Part shown: one piece after another, positions 1 to 8,049 of the stretch | Position numbering within the stretch: the stretch's first letter is position 1 | Layout: each line of letters opens with the position of its first letter | NCBI GenBank assembly: GCA_049720225.1 | Contig: JBNASD010000002.1 | Coordinates: 1,622 to 65,621, forward strand | Length of the DNA stretch: 64,000 bases | Direction: 5' to 3' | From: Microgenomates group bacterium | GTDB taxonomy: Bacteria > Patescibacteriota > Microgenomatia > PFEM01 > JBNASD01 | Notes under the pieces: generated by a model | Database searches by the model: none | What the model was told of the DNA's origin: nothing | Seen by the model: the letters and a program-made list of their open reading frames with translations, nothing else | Program-made: the position numbers and the translations under genes

Positions 1-743
1 CCACAAACGACTGGCACCCGAATGGCTAAACCGTCAAAAAGTCCTTTTAAGCTTGGTAAAACTTCGGTGGTTGCGATGGCGGCACCAGTGGTGGTAGGAA
101 CAATATTTATCGCCGCCGCTCTGGCTCGCCTTAAATCTTTATGAGAACCATCGACTAATTCTTGATCAGCAGTGTAAGCATGAATAGTGGTTATTAATCC
201 TTTTTGAATCCCAAATTTTTCCATAATTACCTTAGTAATGGGAGCGATACAATTAGTAGTACAGGAGGCATTATTAATTACCAGTTCCCCTCGATATTTT
301 TCTTCGTTAACCCCCATCACAAAAGTTTTTGTTTCTGCCGCCGGTGCAGAAATCACTACTTTTTTTGCTCCTCCTTCTAAATGAGCAGAAGCAGACTTTT
401 TGTCGCGAAAAACACCCGTTGCTTCAATAACCACATCAACATCGTATTCTCTCCACGGAATTTTTGCCGGCTCTCTTTCTGCCAAAACCGGAATTTTTTG
501 ATTATTTATTTCCAAAACTCCTATTTCTTTATCAGTTTTTAATTTTTCTTTTCTGACCTTTATTTTTCCTTTAAATTGGCCATAAACACTATCGTATTTA
601 AACAAATGAGCCCATCCCTCAATATCCATAGAACCGGAAGTATTAATGGCTACCGGCTTAATTTTAGTTAAATATTTAGCCAATATCACCCTTAAGGCGA
701 CACGGCCAATTCGACCAAAACCATTAATTGCAACGTTTATCAT
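1..743 (-). CDS. gap: Type I glyceraldehyde-3-phosphate dehydrogenase (partial, runs off window start)
   Basis: Manual translation from ATG at 743 gives MINVAINGFGRIGR..., with NASCTTNC catalytic motif and RARAAAINIVPTTTGAA. Not in the ORF track because it is truncated. Confidence 0.97.
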   Translation of the reverse strand, partial: MINVAINGFGRIGRVALRVILAKYLTKIKPVAINTSGSMDIEGWAHLFKYDSVYGQFKGKIKVRKEKLKTDKEIGVLEINNQKIPVLAEREPAKIPWREYDVDVVIEATGVFRDKKSASAHLEGGAKKVVISAPAAETKTFVMGVNEEKYRGELVINNASCTTNCIAPITKVIMEKFGIQKGLITTIHAYTADQELVDGSHKDLRRARAAAINIVPTTTGAAIATTEVLPSLKGLFDGLAIRVPVVC

Positions 744-798
744 AATTTTGAAAGTTTGAAAATTTAATCATTAAAAAATTTATTGTCAATTGAAAATT

Positions 799-1830
799 TT
801 AATCAATAATTGCTTTAATTCCTGGTAATGTCCCTTCGGCTAAAAATTCTAACATTGCTCCTCCCCCCGAAGAAACAAAATTAATTTTTTTCTCCCAACC
901 AAATTTCGTTAAGGCGGCTTCAGTATCTCCTCCTCCTACTACTAAAAAAGCACCGCTTTTAACCACCGCCTCGGCTACCATTTTTGTTCCTTTTTCATAT
1001 CTTTTATCATAAAAATTGCCCATTGGTCCAGCCCAAACCACTGTTTTTGCTTTTTTAATAATTTCCGAAAATTTTTTCGCTGTTTCCATTGTAATATCTT
1101 GTCCACTTCTAATCAAGCTTCCTACCACTTTATGGTGATCAAGTAAAAAAGAGGTTTCTTCATATTCCACTAATTTTCCCCCAATCAAAACCCAATCTGC
1201 CCAAGAAATTAATTTTTTGGCTCCCTCCAATTTATCTTTTTTAATACCTCCTAAGATTAAAACGACTGGTCTTTGGGGATTTTCTCTTACCCTCTTTAAT
1301 ATTTCAATTTCTTTAAGAAAATCAAATCCAAAAGCCCGTTTTTTCAAAGAAAAAAATTTTGGCACTCCCACAATTGAAGCATGTTTTCGATGAGAACAAG
1401 CAAAGGCTTCATTGACATAAAAATCTGCTAATTCTGCTATTTTTTTAGCAAAACCTTCATCATTGCTTTCTTCTTCGGGAAAAAACCTAAGATTTTCTAA
1501 CAAAATTATCTTTTCGTTTATCCTAAACCCAGGAAAGTTTTTTAATTTAATATTTAAATTTTCAATTTTCAATTTCAAATTTGCAATCAACCAACGGGCT
1601 ACTGGTGCCAAACTTAATTCTGAAACCACTTTTCCCTCTGGTCTTCCTAGATGAGAGATTAAAATTATTTCTTGAGGATTTTGTTTTAAAAGAAATTCAA
1701 TTGTTGGTAAAGATTCTTCAATTCTCGTTGTATCTTCGATTTGACCATTTTTTAAGGGAACGTCATAATTAACTCTTATCAAAACTTTTTTTCTTTTTAC
1801 TTTTAAATTTTTCACCGAGGGCAGTAACAT
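799..1830 (-). CDS. pgk: Phosphoglycerate kinase (shortened C-domain)
   Basis: RVNYDVP, SHLGRP, LLENLRF, WAGPMG, GGGDT and SSGGGAMLEFLAEGTLPG motifs. Probable start is the ATG at 1830 (track extends to 1863). Confidence 0.95.
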   Translation of the reverse strand: MLLPSVKNLKVKRKKVLIRVNYDVPLKNGQIEDTTRIEESLPTIEFLLKQNPQEIILISHLGRPEGKVVSELSLAPVARWLIANLKLKIENLNIKLKNFPGFRINEKIILLENLRFFPEEESNDEGFAKKIAELADFYVNEAFACSHRKHASIVGVPKFFSLKKRAFGFDFLKEIEILKRVRENPQRPVVLILGGIKKDKLEGAKKLISWADWVLIGGKLVEYEETSFLLDHHKVVGSLIRSGQDITMETAKKFSEIIKKAKTVVWAGPMGNFYDKRYEKGTKMVAEAVVKSGAFLVVGGGDTEAALTKFGWEKKINFVSSGGGAMLEFLAEGTLPGIKAIID

Positions 1831-1831
1831 T

Positions 1832-2389
1832 TTAAATTTTCTCTTCTTCTTTAATTTTAGCAATTATTTTATCAATTAATTTTACCGGGTCGTTATCAAA
1901 AATTACTTTTCGATTACCTTTCTTGGCGACTTTTAAAAGATGACGAATTTCATCGGCGATTCCTCCCGAACCTTCTAATACGCCAACGATTTGATTTTCT
2001 TCAAAAGCGACTGTAAATTCATTTAAAGTACCAATTCTTCCATCAATAATAATTACTGCATCGGAAGAACGGACCATTAATAAATTTCTTCCCGTATAAC
2101 CCATTTCGGTATAGACTAAATGGTCATAAACACTATCTTCTGCCGGCAGATGATATTTTCTAATATGCTCTTCTCGACTGCCTGCCGGAGAAAACCCAAT
2201 ATTTACTCCCCCTGCTTTTTTTGCTGCCACTGCCGCTTCATAAGGAACACCAGTAGTAGCTCCACTAACCAAAATACAACCTCGTTTAGCAATTTCTTCG
2301 CCCACTTTGCGTGCTAATTCAGCCGCTTTTTCTGCATTAGAACCGGTAGAACCACCGGAAACACAAATTTTTAATCTTCTTTTTATCAT
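1832..2389 (-). CDS. LOG/SLOG-family (TIGR00725-like) nucleotide-binding protein
   Basis: GATTGVP, RNLLMVRSSDAVIIIDGRIGTLNEF. Confidence 0.85.
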   Translation of the reverse strand: MIKRRLKICVSGGSTGSNAEKAAELARKVGEEIAKRGCILVSGATTGVPYEAAVAAKKAGGVNIGFSPAGSREEHIRKYHLPAEDSVYDHLVYTEMGYTGRNLLMVRSSDAVIIIDGRIGTLNEFTVAFEENQIVGVLEGSGGIADEIRHLLKVAKKGNRKVIFDNDPVKLIDKIIAKIKEEEKI

Positions 2390-2391
2390 CT

Positions 2392-3057
2392 TTATTTAAA
2401 ACCTTCAGTTAACTCTTTTAAAACTTTTTCGGGATTACCAGCCAAAACAACGTGAGAAGACACCAAAATACCTTTTACTCCTAATTTTAATCCTATTTTA
2501 ATATCCTGACTGTTTTTAATTCCCGCCCCGATTATTGCCGGAATTTCCCCACAAATTTCTTTAAAATGATAAATCGCGGTCGGATTAAACTGAGAAACCG
2601 ATATTTCCCCTCCGATTAATTCTGATGGTTCGTAGGCTAAAAAATCTGGTTTAATTTTAACATAATTTTTTGCCTGACCTAAACTCCGACAACAAATTAA
2701 AGTTTCAAATCGGTAATTATTTTCTTGATTAAAATTTTTAATTCTTTTCACTGTTCTTTTTAATGTTCCTAAGGGCAATTTATGCTCCGCATGATTTAAA
2801 ATTGTACCTCTTCCTCCCGCCTCAAACACTGCTTCCAAATTAGTAAAGCCGGTAAACTGCCCCTGGGGATACCAATCTAAATGTTGAACCCAAACAGGAA
2901 TTTTTACTGCCTGAGAAACACGAAAAAGATCGACTACCTGAACTACCGGAATAATTTTTATTTTTGTTTCCTTACTAACTTTTTCACAAATTTTAGCTAA
3001 GAAAACTGCTTTTTCTCCTGTTGCTTGAGAATAAGTTTTAAAATTAACAAAAATCAT
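2392..3057 (-). CDS. tpiA: Triosephosphate isomerase, short archaeal type
   Basis: VNFKTY (catalytic Lys), LNHAEH (His), AYEPSELIG (Glu), GAGI; 221 aa. Confidence 0.92.
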   Translation of the reverse strand: MIFVNFKTYSQATGEKAVFLAKICEKVSKETKIKIIPVVQVVDLFRVSQAVKIPVWVQHLDWYPQGQFTGFTNLEAVFEAGGRGTILNHAEHKLPLGTLKRTVKRIKNFNQENNYRFETLICCRSLGQAKNYVKIKPDFLAYEPSELIGGEISVSQFNPTAIYHFKEICGEIPAIIGAGIKNSQDIKIGLKLGVKGILVSSHVVLAGNPEKVLKELTEGFK

Positions 3058-3698
3058 TGGCCTAAAACCTCCACTAATTTTTCTCCAAATTCGTAAGCTA
3101 CCTGAGGACCAGAGGCAGTAACAATTTTTCCATCTACAATCACTCCACTCTTAGTATATTTTACTCCTTTTGCTTTTAAGTTTTCCTCCTCTGAAGAATA
3201 GGCAGTCGCATTTTTTCCTTGTAAAATACCCGCATTAGCCAAAATTGAAGGAGCAATACAAATTGCCCCAATTACCTTCCCTTTTTCATAAGCAGATTTA
3301 GCTAAATTAAGCACTAATTGATCTTCAAAATAGACAGTTGTTCCACTTCCTCCTACAAAAATTACCCCTTCATACTCATCCAAATTAATTTCTGAAAGTT
3401 CTTTGTCTATCGACACTCTTGCCCCCAACATTCCCTGAGCTTCTTTAACTCCTTTGCTGGCTACTTCCACTTTCCACCCTGCACTTTCTAAAACTTCTCT
3501 TGGTTTTTGGTATTCTTCATCACGAAAATTTACCGGAGCTACTATCATTAATACCTTTAATTTTCCCTCTTCCATGATAACTTTTTCACCTCCTTTTTGA
3601 AGACTTTTTTCTAGTTTACTAACCCTTTTTAACAAAAAACCGCCAATTAAAAGAAATAAAAATAATAATCCACCTCCCAGAATTAAAAATCTTCTCAT
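3054..3698 (-). CDS. DJ-1/PfpI family protein with N-terminal membrane anchor
   Basis: FRDEEY, FVGGSG, GAICIAPSILANAGIL nucleophile elbow; hydrophobic residues 4-23. Confidence 0.9.
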   Translation of the reverse strand: MRRFLILGGGLLFLFLLIGGFLLKRVSKLEKSLQKGGEKVIMEEGKLKVLMIVAPVNFRDEEYQKPREVLESAGWKVEVASKGVKEAQGMLGARVSIDKELSEINLDEYEGVIFVGGSGTTVYFEDQLVLNLAKSAYEKGKVIGAICIAPSILANAGILQGKNATAYSSEEENLKAKGVKYTKSGVIVDGKIVTASGPQVAYEFGEKLVEVLGQ

Positions 3699-3738
3699 TA
3701 ATTAAATCTTAAATAAGAAGAAGAAAATTTTCAAATTT

Positions 3739-4143
3739 TTAAACTAATGATTTTTTCTTTTTTCGATAATTTTCAATTGCTTTCTTTAAAGCATCAACTG
3801 CCAATAAGGAACAATGAATTTTCGCCGGTGGTAATCCCCCTAAAGCTTTCGTTACTGCTTGATTGGTAATTTTTTCTGCTTCCGAAAGGAGTTTTCCCTT
3901 AACCATAGTAGTAATAATCGAAGAAGTAGCAATAGCTGCTCCACAACCGAGGGTTTGAAACTTAATATCCTTAATATACTCTTTACCTTCTTTTTTTCCA
4001 ATTTTTAGATAAAGCTTCATTATATCGCCACAAACGCGATTACCTACTGTCGCTACCCCATCGGGATTTTTAATTTCTCCCATATTTCGCGGGCGCCTAA
4101 TATGTTCTAAAACTTTTTTTGAATAAAAAAATTGAAAATCCAT
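3739..4143 (-). CDS. iscU: Fe-S cluster scaffold, IscU/NifU N-terminal family
   Basis: GNRVCGD, GCGAAIATSS, KIHCSLLA. Confidence 0.95.
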   Translation of the reverse strand: MDFQFFYSKKVLEHIRRPRNMGEIKNPDGVATVGNRVCGDIMKLYLKIGKKEGKEYIKDIKFQTLGCGAAIATSSIITTMVKGKLLSEAEKITNQAVTKALGGLPPAKIHCSLLAVDALKKAIENYRKKKKSLV

Positions 4144-4152
4144 AATTTTTAA

Positions 4153-4278
4153 AAATCCTAAATTCTAAGCACTAAATCCTAAATAATTTCAAAATTCAAA
4201 TCCCAAATTTTTAAAGCCTTTTTTGAATTTTGGCCATTTGAATTTGTTTAGAATTTAGAAATTAGTATTTAGAATTTA
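4153..4278. repeat. Imperfect inverted repeat built from 7-bp units
   Basis: Left arm AAATCCT-AAATTCT-AAGCACT-AAATCCT-AAATAATTTCAAA; right arm TTTGAATTTGTTT-AGAATTT-AGAAATT-AGTATTT-AGAATTT. Confidence 0.8.
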
Positions 4279-5460
4279 ATCCTTAGGTGCCATTTTTCTT
4301 AACCTTTCTATTATTGGCGGCAAAACTTCTAAAACATAATCTATTTCTTCCTCTGTTGTTTCTTTTCCTAAAGAGAACCTTACTGAACCATGAGAAAGTG
4401 CTGGTGAAATTCCCATTGCAGTTAAAACGTGAGAAGGTTGTAATAATCCTGAAGTACAAGCTGAACCAGAAGAAGCCGCAATTCCCTTATCTGATAAAGC
4501 CAGCAAAATTGCTTCCCCTTCCACATTTTCAAAAACAAAAGAGGCAATATCCGGTAACCTTTCTTTTGGGTGGCCAGTTAAATAACTTCCGGAAATTTTC
4601 TCTAATACTCCCTTGATTAACTTATCGCGAAGTTTTTCTACTCTTTTTTTTGCTTCTTCTACCTCTTCTTGGGCAATTTTTAACGCTTCTGCGGCTCCCA
4701 CAATTAAAGGTACTGCTTCTGTTCCCGGCCATAAACCATTTTCATGATGGCCTCCAAAAGTAATTGGCTTAAGAGGAACTCCCTTTTTAACATACAAAAT
4801 CCCTACTCCTTTAGGACCATGAAATTTATGGGCGCCTAAACTTAGCAAGTCTACCCCCATTTCTTTAACATCTAAAGAAAAATATTCCGCAATGGTTGCC
4901 GCGTCGGTATGAAAATATAAATCTTTTATTTTTGTCTTAAATTTTTTAATTATTTTTCCAATTTCTTTAATGGGCTGAATGGTACCTACTTCATTATTAG
5001 CAGACATAATAGTAATTAAACCAGTTTGAGAATTAATAGCTTTTTCTAATTGTTTAGGGTCTACTTTTCCGTATTTATCTACTGGCAAAATTGTAAGTTT
5101 AAACCCTTCCCTTTCTAGCGCTTTAGCGGTATCTAAAACCGCATGGTGTTCTACCGCCGACGTAATAAGATGATTCTTTCCTTTTTCTTTTAAAGCTTTC
5201 ATTACTCCTTGAATCGCTAAATTAACAGAAGTAGTAGTCGTTCCGGTAAAATAAACTTCTGAAGAAAAACAATTTAAGATTCTGGCAACTTTTTCTCTTG
5301 CTTCTTCCACTGCTTTTCTTGCCTCTTGTCCCCACAAATGAATTGAAGAGGGATTGCCAAATTTAGAAGAAAAATAAGGCAACATTACCTTTAAAACTCT
5401 TTTATCAACCGGAGTAGTGGCAGCGTAATCTAAATAAACTTTTTTTATTGTTGAAAACAT
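4276..5460 (-). CDS. iscS: Cysteine desulfurase IscS/NifS (group I)
   Basis: YLDYAATTP, AHKFHGPKG (PLP Lys), SSGSACTS (catalytic Cys). Confidence 0.96.
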   Translation of the reverse strand: MFSTIKKVYLDYAATTPVDKRVLKVMLPYFSSKFGNPSSIHLWGQEARKAVEEAREKVARILNCFSSEVYFTGTTTTSVNLAIQGVMKALKEKGKNHLITSAVEHHAVLDTAKALEREGFKLTILPVDKYGKVDPKQLEKAINSQTGLITIMSANNEVGTIQPIKEIGKIIKKFKTKIKDLYFHTDAATIAEYFSLDVKEMGVDLLSLGAHKFHGPKGVGILYVKKGVPLKPITFGGHHENGLWPGTEAVPLIVGAAEALKIAQEEVEEAKKRVEKLRDKLIKGVLEKISGSYLTGHPKERLPDIASFVFENVEGEAILLALSDKGIAASSGSACTSGLLQPSHVLTAMGISPALSHGSVRFSLGKETTEEEIDYVLEVLPPIIERLRKMAPKD

Positions 5461-5711
5461 ACCCCTCCTTCAGGACAAATTAGTACAATTTTATAATAAA
5501 CCTTTCTTCCTTCTTTTCGAGAAGTAACTAAACCCTCTTTCTCCATCACTTTTAGGTGATAACTTACTGTTGGTTGTTTTAATCGTAATTTTTTAACTAT
5601 CTCTCCAACCGTTTTCTCTCCTTCAAAGTATAAATATTCGTAAATTCGCCGACGAGACCGAATTGCCATTTGCGGCAAAGCGTATGGACAATGAGGTAAA
5701 AGCTTTTCCAT
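5445..5711 (-). CDS. ArsR/SmtB-family transcriptional regulator
   Basis: RRRIYEYL...TVGEIV...QPTVSYHLKVM...GLVTSRKEGRKVYY winged HTH. Confidence 0.9.
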   Translation of the reverse strand: MEKLLPHCPYALPQMAIRSRRRIYEYLYFEGEKTVGEIVKKLRLKQPTVSYHLKVMEKEGLVTSRKEGRKVYYKIVLICPEGGVCFQQ

Positions 5712-5714
5712 AAT

Positions 5715-5749
5715 ATATAGATGATAATCTATATTTTATTTTTTGTCAA
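5715..5749 (-). promoter_or_regulatory. Sigma70 promoter (TTGACA-N17-TATCAT) overlapped by the palindromic operator ATATAGAT-N4-ATCTATAT
   Basis: Perfect 8-4-8 palindrome at 5715-5734 covers the -10 of the arsR-iscS-iscU transcript. Confidence 0.75.
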
Positions 5750-5772
5750 GAGATTATGCTAAAATTTAACTA

Positions 5773-6084
5773 ATGAAAAAGATTAATCTTTTAATTATTT
5801 TTCTTCAATTAGGAATTATTATTTTTTCTTGGCAAAACTTACCCCCTCAAATTCCTCTTTTTTATTCTCTGCCGTGGGGAAAAGAACGATTATCTTCAAG
5901 CCTTTCTTTATTTATTTTACCCATCTTTTCCTTGGGAATTTTTTTAATTAATTGTTTAATTATCCCCCTTTTAATTAAAAAAACGGAAGAAAAATTTGCT
6001 TTGGATATTTTAGAAGGAGGAAGTTTAAGTTTCAGTATTTTAACTTTTATTTCTTTAGCAAAAATTATTCTTTTGGTCACTTAA
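5773..6084 (+). CDS. Small membrane protein (DUF1648-like)
   Basis: LPPQIPLFYSLPWG motif with three hydrophobic helices. Confidence 0.7.
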   Translation: MKKINLLIIFLQLGIIIFSWQNLPPQIPLFYSLPWGKERLSSSLSLFILPIFSLGIFLINCLIIPLLIKKTEEKFALDILEGGSLSFSILTFISLAKIILLVT

Positions 6085-7176
6085 ATGATTAAACAATTAA
6101 TTATTTTTCCTTCTTTAATTTCTTTCTTGATTTCTTTTTTAATTACCCCTCTAATTATTTTTGTTTACCGAAAAAAAGGTTGGTTAGAAAAACCTCATCG
6201 CCTAAAGGATACCCACACCTATCCTGTTCCCCGCGGAGGAGGTATTCCTATCTGGGGAGCAATATTAATCACCAGTTTAATTTTTCTCCCTTTTGATAAA
6301 CACCTAAAAGGAATTTTGGCGGGAGTTACTTTATTGATGATTGTCGGTTTTTTAGATGATCGACTAGACCTTAACCCTTATTTAAGATTATTACTTGGTT
6401 TTCTTGCCGCTGGATTAGTAGTGGGAAGCGGAATTGGAATTCCTTTTATTACCAATCCTTTTGGAGGAATTATTAAATTAGATCAACCGCAAATTCGGTT
6501 TTATTTTTTAGGAGAGGAAAGAAGTATCTGGATTTTAGCTGATCTTTTTGCTTTGTTTTGGATTGTGTTTTTAACTAACATCGTTAATTGGGCAAAAGGA
6601 TTTGATGGTCAACTCCCGGGAATTGTGGTGATTGCGGGATTAACCATTGCCTTTTTGGCTTTAAGATTTTCTGCCGATATTACCCAATGGCCGGTGGCGA
6701 TTTTAGCCTCAATTACCGCCGGTGCTTATTTAGGATTTTTACCTTTTAACTTTTATCCCCAAAAAATTATGCCAGGTTATGGAGGAGGGACAATCGCTGG
6801 ATTTATGTTGGCAGTTTTAGCCATTCTTTCCACCACCAAGGTAGGAACCGCCATTGTGGTTTTGGGAATTCCCCTCGCCGACGCTTTTTATTCGATTATT
6901 CGCCGAATTGCTGCTGGTAAATCTCCTGTCTGGGGTGACCGCGGTCATCTTCATCATAAAATTTTGGATGAATGGAAATGGAGCAAAAGAAAAACCGCTT
7001 TCTTTTACTGGGCAATCACCGCCGTTTTAGGTTTTTTGGCTCTCAATTTGTCAAGTATGTTTAAATTTTATACAATAGTTTTAGTTTTAGTGATTATTGG
7101 GGGATTATTTTTATGGTTCAATTATTTTTCCACATTTTTCAAAGTCTCCGACCGCGACAAGCCCTTAAAAACTTAA
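6085..7176 (+). CDS. WecA/TagO-like polyprenyl-phosphate HexNAc-1-P transferase (Glycos_transf_4)
   Basis: VPRGGG, GFLDD, GFDG, FNFYPQKI, DRGHLHH. Confidence 0.9.
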   Translation: MIKQLIIFPSLISFLISFLITPLIIFVYRKKGWLEKPHRLKDTHTYPVPRGGGIPIWGAILITSLIFLPFDKHLKGILAGVTLLMIVGFLDDRLDLNPYLRLLLGFLAAGLVVGSGIGIPFITNPFGGIIKLDQPQIRFYFLGEERSIWILADLFALFWIVFLTNIVNWAKGFDGQLPGIVVIAGLTIAFLALRFSADITQWPVAILASITAGAYLGFLPFNFYPQKIMPGYGGGTIAGFMLAVLAILSTTKVGTAIVVLGIPLADAFYSIIRRIAAGKSPVWGDRGHLHHKILDEWKWSKRKTAFFYWAITAVLGFLALNLSSMFKFYTIVLVLVIIGGLFLWFNYFSTFFKVSDRDKPLKT

Positions 7177-8048
7177 GTCTACTGGCCCCTTTAGTTTTTT
7201 CAGGAAATCTTTTTGTTGAGGAAAAATTTCTTCTTTCTTTTTTGGGAGTAATTACTTTTACTTTTTTAACTTCCGCCTGTTATATTATTAACGATATTAT
7301 TGACCTTCCTCGTGATCAACTTCATCCCATTAAGAAAAAAAGGCCAATTGCTTCTGGAATTCTTCCCCTTCCAATTGCTTTTTTTATCGCCGTCTGTTTT
7401 TTGTTCACAAGTTTTTGGTTAGGTTTGTGGCTTAATTTTTTCTTTTTTTTAATTTTAATCATCTATTTTTTTCTTCAGCTTGCTTACAGTTTTTATTTTA
7501 AAAATATTATCGTGTTAGATGTTTTAATTATTGCCACCGGTTTTGTTCTAAGGGTTTATGCTGGAGCTTTTCTAATTAATGTTCATATGAATGTTTGGTT
7601 TCTTTTATGTGTCGTTTCTTTAGCGCTTTTTTTAGCGGTAGGAAAAAGAAGGGCAGAATTAGCAGTTTTAGATTTAGAAAAAGCAGGCGTTCACCGAAAA
7701 ACTTTAATTTTTTACACTCCCCAACTTTTGGATGTTTACTTAGCAATGTTTGCCAACTCCGCTTGGCTTTCTTATGCTTTATTTACTTTTTTTTCTCCTC
7801 CTCCCCCCATTAGCCAACAGTTTGCTTTATATCGATTCTTACCGCTCGCATTATCAGGAATTAATAAATGGCTAATGATCACTATCCCTTTAGTAATTTA
7901 TGGAGTAATGCGTTATATGAGTATTATTTATCAAGGAAATAAAGCAGAAGCACCGGAAAAAATTCTTTTATCTGATAGACCATTGTTGACCACCGTTTTA
8001 ATTTGGGGATTAATGGTGGTAGCAATTCTTTACGGAATTAAACCCTAA
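7113..8048 (+). CDS. UbiA-family prenyltransferase, decaprenyl-phosphate phosphoribosyltransferase-like
   Basis: LRPRQALKN, NDIIDLPRDQLHPIKKKRPIASG, GFVLRVYAG, KRRAEL. Confidence 0.85.
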   Translation: MVQLFFHIFQSLRPRQALKNLSLLAPLVFSGNLFVEEKFLLSFLGVITFTFLTSACYIINDIIDLPRDQLHPIKKKRPIASGILPLPIAFFIAVCFLFTSFWLGLWLNFFFFLILIIYFFLQLAYSFYFKNIIVLDVLIIATGFVLRVYAGAFLINVHMNVWFLLCVVSLALFLAVGKRRAELAVLDLEKAGVHRKTLIFYTPQLLDVYLAMFANSAWLSYALFTFFSPPPPISQQFALYRFLPLALSGINKWLMITIPLVIYGVMRYMSIIYQGNKAEAPEKILLSDRPLLTTVLIWGLMVVAILYGIKP

Positions 8049-8049
8049 A

